From Amphiscolops sp. MND2022 (Eukaryota), in contig OZ076420.1 in the NCBI GenBank assembly GCA_964187785.1, positions 20,274,001 to 20,338,000 on the forward strand: a DNA stretch of 64,000 bases. Reading direction: 5' to 3'. Numbering within the stretch: position 1 is the stretch's first letter; every line of letters begins with the position of its first letter. Below the pieces are notes generated by a model. That model was not told the DNA's origin. It did not search any database and saw only the letters and a program-made list of their open reading frames with translations. Below are positions 1 to 12,231 of this stretch, piece after piece. The position numbers were made by a program, and so were the translations under genes.

Positions 1-1098
1 CGATTGTCATATCAGCCTGAAGTCAATTCAATTTACAATTTACAAAGACTTTTTTCTAAGATAAAGCGTATTCATAATGCTTCTGTATCTTTTGTATCTT
101 TATTGTGTCTCAAAACCTAGCTACATCATCGGTACTGAAATGACAGTAAACACAAATATCGATAAACTGAGTAACATGAATCTAAAATGAATTGGCAGTC
201 TTTCTGCCGGCATTGCTACTCGGTATTTGCGTCGGTCTTGAAAAAAAAATGACAAGATAGGAACGTCCGCGAATTTCGGTCGAAAATATTTTTTCAATCT
301 TCCTGATATTTTTTGCTTTGCTCTTATCTGACTGCCATGGTTTTTTACAACAGAATCAATAAACAAGCTTTTAACCAAGAAACAAACCATTGCAGCTATA
401 GTGGTGAAACCATTTGCTTCTTTAGCAATGGCTTTTTTAGTTATCAGCTTTTAAATAAAGTGAAATTGGTGAAACAAGTCTCAGGGAAAGATAAGGTACA
501 TCCTTTGAATTACTAACGATTTGAAAGACTAAATTTAGAAAAAAAAATTCATAAACGCTTTTCCATGGCTGATACTAGATCATGAATATATATGGCCACT
601 GCAATGAGGTTTTTGAGCTAAACTATGCTGAAATTGTTGAAACAAAAATTTTCCCTAGTTTCCACACATTTGGGTTCAAAGGATAATCTTCTAAAAGATT
701 ATTCAAACTCGCTTTTTGGGTCAATAACTTTCGTAATAATTGCAAACGAAAGTCCCTTAGAAGTACAGAAACGTAACAACCACCTTTTCTCGACTGGATT
801 TCCACTTTTTTTGGATGTATTTATTGAAAAAAGTAACACAGACGACAATCGCTTTTGTGTTTTTTCTCTCCAGCTATTTTATCTGCTATAATTATTTCAC
901 GACATTCCTCCTTAGAAGGGGGAAAAGTTCATTTCACCCACGGAAATTGGGCAATGTGTTACTTAGCTGGAGCTAACTTGATCTTACCTCGCATTAAGAT
1001 CTATTTAATTTTACTAACATTGAAGAATATATTTGACTTGTATATATTTTGCGAATAAATTATTAACCGCCACCAACAATTGAGTATGTTTGAGACAT

Positions 1099-1322
1099 TC
1101 AAATGGCAATAGCGAGAACTTTACTTAGTGGAATGCAGTACCAGAATTTGAAGCCACAGTGCATGTAATCTGCATACCCCAGCTTCTGTTCCGAAATGCA
1201 GATATTCTTGTTCATGTCATATTTCTCCAAGCAATGCAAGAAACTGCCAATTTCATCATTATCATCAATGCATGATCTAGCTTTGGACCCGCAGTCATTT
1301 TCGTCTTCATAGGTATGCTTAC
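1099..1322 (-). CDS. Terminal exon of an unknown cysteine-rich protein (six-Cys domain 2): (G)KHTYEDENDCGSKARSCIDDNDEIGSFLHCLEKYDMNKNICISEQKLGYADYMHCGFKFWYCIPLSKVLAIAI*
   Basis: Manual translation, not in the ORF track. Acceptor TGTTTTAG| at 1324-1323, phase 1, joins in frame to the exon ending at 2251. Cys spacing C-x6-C-x12-C-x10-C-x14-C-x6-C mirrors the upstream exon. TGA at 1101-1099. Confidence 0.8.
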
Positions 1323-2250
1323 CTAAAACAAGTACCCAAGCTTCAAACTAGGATCCCACCGCCTTCTTTGAAAAATATTGTGCGAGGAATTTTTTCCATT
1401 GAAGGACTTTCTAGTGGTAATGTCGATATAATGAAACGGCGGATATATCCACCTTACGACGCTAATAAAAAAGACCGTATGATTGCGCTGTTCTATTTAA
1501 AACACCCCCTCCTTTGAAACAAATTTCAAATGTGTTCTTGATAAGCTGTTTTTTTTCAAAAACGAAACACCTTTGAGAAATAAGCAGCATTGGATGAAGA
1601 AGTGATTCAATTTGGATTGAATTTGATCAACTCTACGAGCGCATAATTCTTTGTTCAACCCTTTAACAAACATCAGCTTCTACGTAGTAAATAGCCGACC
1701 GACCGCTGAAGCATTTATGTTTTGCAGAATTTTATAGGAGCCATTCACGATTAAATTTTTGATTCATAAGGAAGTAATTTTTTTAGATCAAAAGTGTCCG
1801 ATTCTTGCATCGGCTTGTTTTTGTTCCGTCAAATGACAGACTTCTGGGAAAAATACACTTTTTGTAGACTTTTCGACTAAGGTCTAAGTTCTAATAAACA
1901 TTTAAAGAATCCCACCTTTGGTTACACACATATGTCAGTCTTTTTACACAAGACGACACAAAGAAATTCTCGCTTCACGTTTTTTGGTGTTTTGAGCTTT
2001 TAAAGTTTCGCAACCACTCGCAAGTGAAAAATGCATGATGGATCCTCTTTCGATTTAGTTGGCACTCTAAGACTTTTTGAAATTTCCTCAAAACTTTTCT
2101 TGAGCGGCATAAAGAACTTTGGCCTTTTTTGAGTATCAAACGGACACCAAAATGGGCCTTTCCAGGTTTGTGATTTTACTTTAGTTTTATTATTTCCAAG
2201 GAAATATTTCGTTCTGCAGTGAAGCTTGAAACCAAATGAATTCTACTTAC

Positions 2251-2463
2251 CACCCATTATTTCAGTTACCAATTTGTCGCAATATTGCATGATGTACCCA
2301 CAACGAACAAACTCTCCGTGTCCTTCCTCTTGTTCGTTCACGCATTTTGTGAAGTTCCCTTCCGTTTCCAGACACTGCATAAAATTGCGAACCTTCTCGA
2401 TTTTTGGTTCACACTCTTGCATTTTTGTTCCACATTCCAGCAGATCCATGCCACTTGTCGCTT
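2251..2463 (-). CDS. Exon of the same cysteine-rich protein (six-Cys domain 1): (E)ATSGMDLLECGTKMQECEPKIEKVRNFMQCLETEGNFTKCVNEQEEGHGEFVRCGYIMQYCDKLVTEIMG(G)
   Basis: Lies within track ORF 2243..2518. Canonical donor G|GTAAGT at 2251/2250. Candidate phase-1 acceptor CTGTTAG| at 2465-2464. Spacing C-x6-C-x12-C-x9-C-x13-C-x6-C. The 5' end of the gene is unresolved. Confidence 0.75.
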
Positions 2464-5400
2464 CTAACAGCAAAGTTATCACCAGAAAAATGGGACCATA
2501 TTTATTATACCCCCCCAAGCGAAAAAGAAACGGTTCAAATTAGGGCTAAGTTTATATTAAAGATCCATCTTACTTGAAAACAAATTTCTGCGCCTTAAAC
2601 CGATAACTCTGGCTGTTGAAAACTTATCATTTCTACAGGAACCCAATATCTACGCTGAAAAGACGTGAAAACCTTGCAAAAGAATAACTTTGATAGTAAG
2701 AATGTCAACCCGAAACTACATTACGGAAGAAATGAGCGCTGAGATGGACTCGTTTAATCTCCATCGTTCAACCTCTCTGACATGGGAAAGTGTTATGATT
2801 TTCCGATTGGCAAAATTGTGATAAGAATTTTCAATTCTTGCAGAAATATATTTTTAACGTATTAAATGTATTTTTGGACACTAAATTGAAATGAGCCCCA
2901 TCTTTGTTATATAATCCTGAATCAAAGCATCGCATACAAATTTTGCATGCATAATGCACAAACAACAAAGTTTCATACTGATCTTCGAAAAAGTTTTTCA
3001 CTAACCAGCTAACATATAAATGCCACAAAAAGGGAGCAAAATGGAATTCACAAACGAAATTTTTGTCATTGCGAGGCGTTCTGGTCTGTTTTGAATCGTG
3101 TTCAGCCGAAAGTCATTAATTGGCCAAATTTACATCATAAAAAATTGAATAATCACCACTGTATTTGAATCAGTGTTACACAACTTATCAAATTCAAAAT
3201 AATTGAATTTGGATAGTTTTGGAATGATTGTATTATTTAAAAGCGATTTTGATCTTCAAAAGTATTCGATATTTGAAAAGCAAAGTTCTTGAAAAATTCA
3301 TTTCCCGTAAAATAACAGACAAATTTTGAAAACATAAACTGGGCCAATTTTTGAAATTCAGACATACGATCAAGCTTCCGGTTTTTGAAATCCCAACCTA
3401 GTGAGCCAGAGATTGTTAGGCTGAATGAAAACAGTCTACCAAATTCCCTTATTTATGAAAACTTTCAATATATGAAGTATGACAATTTTTAGAGCTGACT
3501 CAAGTTTAAACTTCACAGAAAAAGTGCCAGATGTAATCATTAGTTTTTTTTACGCTTGAAGTTGTCTTTCAAATACTTTTTTTACAAAGAAGCTTTAATG
3601 ACTTGAAAAACTTGAAAACTTGACCGACTATTTGATGATCAGCTGAAAGTTTTAGTTGAGTGAAAAATGACATCTGAACAAGACTTTCTGAACTCTTGAC
3701 CTCTGCATTCCATCAAAGACTCATTGCTTATCTATCTTTCATCCAAAAAGAGCTTTTTAGCAACATTCAATTAACCGGTCAACCAATTTAGTCGAAATAG
3801 AAATAGCACATCAATTGACGTGGGCTGACAAAAAATGAAAGTGTATGAATCGGTTGCATGAAAGTGGCAAAAAAGTCGACAAAAATGCAGGGTGGGACTT
3901 TTCGATTATGCTGTTTAAAATCGGTGCCCTTTTTCCAAACTATGTCCCCATGCCAAGCCACGGTTTCACATTTGCCTTCGTTTTCAAGAACTTACCACAA
4001 AACTAGGCATGAAATAAGAGATTGAAATAAGAGATTTTAACGTGCATCCGGCTCAAAAGAAACATAATGCATTAATCAATACACCACAATCACCAAATAC
4101 TGAATATTTCGGTTCGGTTCAACAGTGTTTTGAGAGAAAAACGCCTCTATTTGAGGCAGTATGACTAATTTATTTAGTTTTGAACTCTTTGCCTTTTTCA
4201 TACCTACAAAAACTTCTAAAAACGTAGAAAAGCTGAAAAATGTTCGACAATTCATGTTTCGACTATTTTTTGACTCTTCAAGTATTTTTTCTAAAAATTA
4301 AGAATTTCTTTTCCAACATGTATGCCTAGTAACACAAAAACGGAGTGTTCTTCAAAACTGCAGTTATTCTAAGTTACAAAACATCCAGCTTTTGTTGAGA
4401 TCAGCATAACAGGTCTATCGACACAATGTAAAATTATAAAATTTCGATGAAAAATTCGAAATGTGCGGTATCAAATAAGCACATTCAAGATGGCCGACCC
4501 GGAAGGTACGGAAACCGTAAAAGAAGCAAAAAAACGCACAAAAAACACCCCCACCCAGCCCGAGAGAGAATACCCCTCCACAGAAGTATCCCCGAAATCG
4601 CCGTGCGGTGCCATCTCCCTCGGAAGACGTCCCAGCTACCAGCGGAACCCGAAGAATGGTCCAAAAGATGAAGAAACTCAGAAGTTTGCATAGTTAGCAT
4701 GTGCCATCGCGCAAACCCAAGACGCGCTGGCACTGACGCCTGATGTTTTCTTAGTCTGTTGTACTGTATTTGTGGTTTTCGCAGGTATTTGGTGATGTTT
4801 GACCCCTATTTTCGTTATTTTAGACGTTATTCATCTAATTAAAATGTACTTTAGCTAAACCCCTGTTTTCGGACCTCAGAGGTATGTAGAGTCGCAGAAA
4901 CGTTAGAAACCTTAGGATACGTTTTTACAGGCTTGTGGGACGTGTCCGGACCTTGAGTACGCCGGCACGTCGCCACGGAGCTCTAACTGAGGAGCCTCTG
5001 TAACGGCAAGCTGTTGTCGGTCGCTTAACACGTTAACAGAGGTGGAGGAACCTGCAGGAATGGGTAAATCGCTCGGGACGGGCGCCCATCACCACAGATC
5101 CATTTTGCCTCCAGGGGTGAAATACGTCCCGAGGCCGTGGGTGCTTCGACGAATACTGTCCAACCGGTCCTAGTCTTTGATTGCTAATAGTAGCGGGCAT
5201 CTTCCGGACTCTCTGAAGACCACCGTTTAACTAGCTTGTAAAAACAATGCCAAGAATAAGGTAAATTTCCAATTTCAGGGTGACATGGGTACTAAGTTCT
5301 AAAATGGGGAATAACGTCTAAAATGCCAAAACTAGCGCTTGAGCTAGCTAAAACCAGTGGAAATACATCAGAATAGGCACGAATATGGCAAACCACACAG

Positions 5401-8365
5401 CTACAAGTGGGGGCGCATGGGCTCCAAGCACCAAACAAGGATAATTAAGCCAAAAGACTCATTTTGCTGGTTTCCGCTACTTAAGGTAGCATAATGCTAA
5501 AATCAAAGAAAACCAGGGTTAGCACCTGAAAAAGAGTCTTTTTATGAGTTTTTTTAGCGCATGGGCTTCTTCGTTCTCTGTCTTCTCGCTCTGTCTTGCT
5601 CGGTCCTCCTTTTGCATGGAAAATGGCGAAAACAGCGAAAAGAGCAATCACATGCCCAGTGCCACGTCACACAGCGGATTAGAATTTTTGACAAAATTTC
5701 TGAACATGTCCAAGTCGCAAAATCGCTGTACCAGAGGTTCCCGTTACACTCCTTTGACGTTTGAAAAAGTCGCTCTTAGGAGACCATTTCGGGATTAAGA
5801 ACTAGTGTCTAGGGCTGTAGTAAGACAACGGTCTCCTGTTTAAGCACCCTAGGCATTGTCCCATTTCTATGATGTACTCTGCTAGGTGGACGTTACACAA
5901 GGAAACGAACCAGGCATTTCGTCTTCGCAGGCTATGACGGGATTTCCAAGGTTTTGGGTTGCGTTAGAATCTCATCTTGAACAGAAAGACAGAAATAGTT
6001 TGATCCTCACAAAACAACAATGCCGCGAAGCAAACAGGATTGAAGTAGTGCGCTCACAAACAAAAGCAGCACCTGAAGGCAAAGTTGCATCAAAAACTTG
6101 AATGGGACGATTTGAGAAAAGTTGAATATGTGTCATTTCACGCACTGGAAATAACATGGTGACTGTGTAGTCTTGCAACAGAATGGCAGTGATACACCTA
6201 GTTATCATGAAAGGTTAAAAAAACCTTTTGAAAAAATGCGATTCATGAAACCATAATGTTATATTCGGTTCAATCCGGTTTACATGATTACATGACCTCT
6301 GCCGAAATTCGGTCTACAAACTTACAGACTGTCTAGTACCTAGATACCAGAGTTGTGTACTAACAAACTCCATCTATATTAAATTACATTTGATACATTT
6401 GTACAACTGTGTTGCAAAGAAAACAGTCTAGAACTAGAGATAAACTTTCATTCTTATTTCATTCCCATTATAGCAGTAGAATAAAACAATAAAACACATG
6501 AAACGTTTTCTTGCATCAAAACTTGAGAGAGATTCGGGGAACAGATTTGAATAAAAAAGCCAGAAGAAAAGATTACATCGATTACAACAAGGACCCTGAA
6601 AACCTACTCAAATTCTCTGGGGGTTATTTACCCAAAACGCCACGGTTGATGTTAGCTCGAGGCGGAAGAAATACTCATTAAAAGGTTGTGGTTTGTTCCC
6701 CAAATTCAACTGTTTGTTAGCAGAAGCAATTTTTTTGTGAAGGCAACATCGCAGTGCTATTGAGCCTGATTTTGTTTTTCTGATTTTCAGTTAGTCGATG
6801 TTTGCCTTATCAAGATTCAGTATTGCAATTCTCCAGTTTTTCATTCACCGCATGGTCTTAGACCCAACAGTTAATCGAATGTGGAATTATTTTGTCTTAT
6901 CTTGAGCATTAGCAGCAGGGTATACACTGAAGTACCAAAAAGATAATGAAACTAGAATTGGCTATCGAAATTTTTAAAAGCGCAGGCTCATTATTTTTTA
7001 AATTATTCATTTTACAAAAAAGTCACAAGAGCAAAACTCTCAAATCAGAATTGTTGATCAGAACTACCGCAGTGGTTTTCCATTATTTTAGTACTACTGG
7101 TCAAAAGAAAAACCTTTCAATATCAATTTTGAATCCTTTGTACTCGGTTCTTCAGTTTTCATTTTAGGAACGTTTCTGAAAACGCTTTCTTGAAAAATGA
7201 ATGCCCCAAAACAGATGTCAATTCGACGAATCAAATCAAAGACCCAAAGACTCAGGCATATTTCGTTATCGAAGGCGATTTTTTAGATACTGCATTATGA
7301 GTTTCGGGAATTGCCAAAAATCAAAATTAGACCCAAATTTACAACAAATGTAATCATTGCATGATTTCGTAACAAAAACTACCGCCGTAGTTCTGATCGA
7401 AATTTGAGAAAGTTTCACAACTACGACATTTGTGTCAATGATTATGTAAAATTTAATTGCGATTTGATTTTTTGTCAGCGAAGTCGAGTGTCTTTAGTTT
7501 TTTGGTATCCTAGTGTAGCAATGGTGTTTTAAATCATTTTGTCTGTACATTCTGTGCCAATTAATTGCCGATATCTATCTTTTCATAGCACGTTTTCAAA
7601 TCTTTATTACCTGTAGAATTCTTCGGATGCGCTTTTCTTTTGAGAAAAATTTAAGCTGACCTGCTTAAAAACGAGTCGGCTGTCAGCTATTCCCTATTCA
7701 ACGAGACAGTCTGAAAAAATTTATTGTTCAGTCTTTTTTGTGATTTTCAACAATATCTTGAACATCAAACTTAATCACGAACAATCAAGGAAAGTAAACA
7801 ACAACGAAAATTTTTGCCATAATGAAAACTGCATTCCAAATCAATAGATTTTTATAGCCTTTAATTCTCAGACAAAGGCTGTAGCGCCAATTCCATTTTC
7901 TGTTCACCATCAGTGTTTGATTTGCGGTCTTTTCCCAGTTAGCATTTCTCGGGTTTCAAAAACAAAATGCTGCTTTTTCTCTTGAGAAAATCCCATTAAA
8001 GCGTCCTACGTTAACTGCTGCCTAATTTCTGTGGAGATGCGACGTCAACAGATTACATAGATACCTGAAAGCTACCAGGGAGACTTAATCGAATTTATGG
8101 AGCAAATGGTAAGTAATTTTTAGCGGTGTGCAAACCTCGTAACTAGCTTTCTCGATTTCCTATAGCTCCCATTGAAGGAAATATCACGTGATATTCAGTT
8201 ACTCTAACAAGAAACTGATAAAGAGACAAGCTCTAGTTTTCTAGCACTAAAAGCACACGCTGTCATTCATTACCCTTTGACGAAACGCTCTAAAACGGTA
8301 AGTTTTTGCGCGTGCACTCAAAATGTTCACACATTTTCTTCCGGCTTCTTACGCTTGATAATAAA

Positions 8366-8886
8366 AACAAGCTGAGAACGGCCCAAGTCGGCGCTATATC
8401 TAAGGCTCGAAAATAACAAAAGGACTTCAAAGTGTCATGTTTTCTCTTCTACAGTACCCGCATGAGGAAAATACTGGAAAAAATCCATTTATTTTGAAAT
8501 TTTTTTGGTCTCCGGTAAGTCGCATAGTGCCGAAAAATGTAAAAGGGGCCCTTGGGAGTTTTTGAACATCCCTTTTTTTGCAAATGAGAAAAAAAATTGA
8601 AGGGAGACCTTTTGGAGACACTAAAAAAATTTGCGGAAAAAAAGTGTCAGAAAGCAGAAATAACGCGCACAAAAAAATTTTTGGTCAAGGGCGGGACTCG
8701 AATCCACGTCCTTCTGCTTGACAGACCTCAAAAAATCTTCAATAATCATAAGCAGAAGAAGCTACATTAGTGTGGCAGTTAGTGGAAGCCAGCTTATGAA
8801 GCTTAAAAAAATATGTCATTTCGTTGGTCTTAAAAAGAGAAAAATCACTACTATAGTCTGCGTTTTTCTACGAAAAGCGCCGACTA
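8366..8886 (-). mobile_element. Non-autonomous Helentron/HINE-like element, copy A
   Basis: Subterminal inverted repeats AGTCGGCGC/GCGCCGACT. Terminal GCCG-TTCT-CAGC hairpin followed by TTGTT on the minus strand. Shared TTGAGCCTTAGATAT core. Confidence 0.75.
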
Positions 8887-9334
8887 GAAATAATTGTTTT
8901 TTTTCGTTTAATTATTGGCAAAACTGAAATTGTTATTTTTTTGTTATTGATTCTTCCAACGTTGTCTCAAGCTTCAGGTATTTTTCTGCCATAATTACCT
9001 TGGTTCTTTAACTAAATGTTTGTAACGTTTCGGAACTATTTGATCTCGAGTCCATAAAGAGGGTATCGACTGGGCTGGAGAACAAAATTCAATCTAGTGA
9101 GTACCTTTTTCTTTCACCTCAAAAATTCCGATTATTTGCGAATAGCACGAAACTTGCGAACGAGAGTCGAAAACATCATCGTACGTCGATTTCATTTGCA
9201 GTTTAGGACAACTGTTAAGCGTCGCATTTCCCAAGGCAGCTGTACTGTTTTCAGGCAAGAACGTACTCAAATGCTTTGTTGGTTTTTTTTCGGGGCTAAG
9301 AGGTGGGATCGACAATTTTTTCGTCACCGTTTTT

Positions 9335-9773
9335 AGTCGGCGCTTTTCTTGAGAGAAGTGCCCGACTATTACAATAGCTAGTTTTTTTTCTTTTTTCGTC
9401 AGACCACAGAGTTCACCCTGTATGTACCTTTTTAGTACAGAGTTTAATCGATTTAGGAGGAACCCAGCTTCAGCTAGAAACTTTTTCGTACATTCACGAA
9501 ACCGGACGCAGATGGTCCCGCCTTTCAAAATATTTTGGCATTGTGAGACTTTTTTGTCTCCAAAGGGTTTCCTTCAATTTTATTGAAGTCCCCCCACGTA
9601 ATATCCGGAGTAAAGCGCTACAATCGATTTTTTGACGTTATATCCGAACTATATTGCGTTTTACTAACGAAGACGCGAAGGTTCGGAAACAGGAGCTTTT
9701 CATGAAAATCATCCTACGCATATTTTGAAAACTGCGCTTTTTGAGCCTTAGATATGGACGTTCCCGTCGTGTT
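9335..9773 (+). mobile_element. Helentron/HINE-like element, copy B
   Basis: Starts TTTT-AGTCGGCGC with inner partial repeat CCCGAC. Ends TTGAGCCTTAGATATG-GACG-TTCC-CGTC-GTGTT (3' subTIR deleted). Confidence 0.7.
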
Positions 9774-10199
9774 CACACTTTCCTTAACACATGTTGAATT
9801 GCCCAAGTAAGAGTCAAATAGAGACAACCTGGAAATAAAGCTAAGCTGTTAAAGGGCTCGATAACAATAACTAAACAATAACTGAACTGTGATCTGTCTA
9901 AAATTAAAGAGAAATTTGTTGAGTGAATAATATTCAATTCTAGCAGCTGTATTTTACGTTGAGACCATATGGCAAATGATCTTTCACTCTTTTTCTATTT
10001 CTAAGGTTGTGTTTAGAAACAACCTGTTAGTGTAAGTGAGGTCAGTCTAGAGCTTGCGCTCTGCCACATCCCCTGGAATATACATAGCAGTATATTAAGG
10101 TAAACATAAACAAAACTCTTACAGAGTGGGTATACAGTAATGTACTATAGTGGTATACTCTTTTGCAACGATAACGTAAGTAGAATTACACGACTTCAA

Positions 10200-10895
10200 A
10201 TTTTGTTTTGGTTTGTTGGGTTAGTCAACTTGTTTTTCTCACTGTTGTGGTTTTTGATCTGGCCTGCCTGCTGGTGATAGTTGTGTTACCATGATGTTGT
10301 GCCCGAAGAAGTCGGGTTTATTCCTCTGTCGTTCTCCGCGACGTGTTTGTTGATCGTTCTTTGGTTCTTCTTTTTACTTTTTCTCCTCTTCTTATCCCCC
10401 GGTTGTTTGTCCTTCTTCGTTTGATGGCTCTTCTTCCCCGTTTGATTCGGATATGATGGTGTCCAGTTGTTTTAGCCATGCTTTCTCTCGTTTCAGTTTG
10501 TTCTTTTGTTGTTGTTGTTTAGCTTTCTTCTTCAATTGTTTTAGATTTTGTTTTGCTGTTTGATTTTTGATTGGCCCTGGTGGCGGTGGTTCGCTCTGAT
10601 TGGTTGTTTCCCCTTCGTTCGTCATTTCCCTTTCAGTTGGCATTTCGTTCTTTTTTGGCTGTTCGTTCTCAATTTGTTGGTTTAGCTCGATTGGTGTTTC
10701 ATTCTCTTCTTCGCTTGTTTGCTTGCGTGCTTGAGTGTTTCTTATTGGCCATTTGGAGCAGCATGGTTGATCATCGGGGTTGTGTCCCAGATCTCTTTTG
10801 GAGATTATTGTTGATGCTGTTCTGCCCGCTGGTAGGAAAGTAATGGTATGATTGCTGCCTGTCATAGTAGTAAATGCAAGAAGACTGAGATTCAT
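10200..10895 (-). mobile_element. Probable LTR-retrotransposon 3' tail fragment (low-complexity 167-aa ORF plus an RRGERQRNKPDFFG motif)
   Basis: A/C-rich minus-strand ORF 10392..10895. A downstream frame reads TRRGERQRNKPDFFG, resembling the RRS-R-R-P tails of Gypsy integrases. A TG..CA-bounded ~400-bp segment (9792-10190) follows, but no TSD was found. Confidence 0.3.
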
Positions 10896-11138
10896 ATTTC
10901 CGCCGCAAAACCGTCAAAAAATTCCCCTAAATTGTTTTGTAGACATTGAAAAAACTTGGCCTGTGAAAAGAGAACTTTATCATACTGTTTCAAGGACTTA
11001 CCTTGTTTGACGATGTTAATAAGCCCCTTGTATACCGGTCATTAATCCAGATAGTAATATGATAAGGTGTAAATTTAGTTCAATCTTAACTCCATTATCC
11101 CTTCAAACAGTACTATGTATGGGGTTCTCTTCGTTTTT

Positions 11139-11634
11139 AGTCGGCGTTTTCGAAGAAAATCCCGACTTTTACTGTAGCTAGTTTTTTTTCGCCAGTTCAA
11201 CGCGAAACGTCCACTTTTTGTGCATTAATGCATTTACCAACTTTTACCATATGTACTTAGTACTTCATTTTCAACGCATCCAAAGCCTCTGACATGAGAT
11301 AAAAAGTCATTCCAAAGCAGAAGGGTCCACTTTTGTCGACACTATGAGACTTTCCTTTTTTTTCGGCACTGTGAGACTGATTTTTTTTCCGAAATTTTTT
11401 TTATTGTTTCTCCCATCAATTTTTGATATTTTGCAACAGAATGGATGTTCAAAAAATCCCAAAGCATCCCCCCTTTTACATTTTTTGGCACTACGCGACT
11501 TACCGGAAACTTATTTCTCAATTTTTAGTTTTTTGAGAGCTTTTGTTGTCTCCAATTGTAGAAAAAGTGGTTTTCGTTTTCGAGTCTTTTTGAGCCTTAG
11601 ATAGGGCGCCAACTTGGGCCGTTTCCGGCTTGTT
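11139..11634 (+). mobile_element. Helentron/HINE-like element, copy C
   Basis: TTTT-AGTCGGCG ... TTGAGCCTTAGATAGGGCGCCAACTTGG-GCCG-TTTC-CGGC-TTGTT. Confidence 0.7.
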
Positions 11635-12231
11635 AAACCTTTTTTTTACCGTAGTGTAATCTGATAGCCTCGGTTGTTCCTCAAATGTACATTTTCGAAA
11701 AGGTTTTTTTGAATAACGCCAGTCGCACAGTTGTCCTAGTTTTCGGAGGAAACTGTCAGAGGAATATGTTTATCTGTCGGTAAGTAACTGTTACGTCGAA
11801 ATGAGTCAGTCTGTCAGTCGAACTATCGTGTTAAACAGGCGTAATTTTGATTAGCTGCTCTATTATTAGCTGAAAACGGTTGAATGCGTTCTGATCACTC
11901 TTGAGCGTTTTCTTTTTCCCGTAATGATGGAAAACCAGTTTTATTCCAGTCTGATTCAACATCTAGATTTCCTATCATCGCTCTTTTTCTGGAGATTTGT
12001 TCTGTCTCTTCTCGCTAAAGTTCCGAAACAGCAATCGAACGCTTGGCTAGGGCTGCAAATCCGAAAAATTTGAATCGGCTGATGGGATGGGTTTTCTCGG
12101 GTTCTTGATAAATGTAACTCAATAGGTCGATGTATAGTGCGAAACGTGGCCACCATAATTTAGATTCTGCTAGTTGTAGATATGCTTCTGAATTGTAGAA
12201 AACGGGTTTTACAAGGGGCTCTTTTCCTCGG

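Noticed and set aside
121-1058. Short hydrophobic ORFs at the window start
   Set aside because: AT-rich background with no motif, homology or consistent splice structure that I could support.
2243-2254. C-terminal GGK-stop amidation signal of a 91-aa secreted peptide
   Set aside because: It is read-through of a canonical GTAAGT donor, and an in-phase homologous exon lies downstream. The track's start codon at 2518 is TTG, not ATG.
4980-5030. Hammerhead-ribozyme-like CTGAGGA-GCC...GGC
   Set aside because: The required GAAA after stem II is missing (AAGC), and no stems I/III could be built.
8670-8730. tRNA gene
   Set aside because: Only a T-arm/B-box and a 3' tail are present. There is no D-arm, paired anticodon stem or acceptor stem, and it lies inside a repeat.
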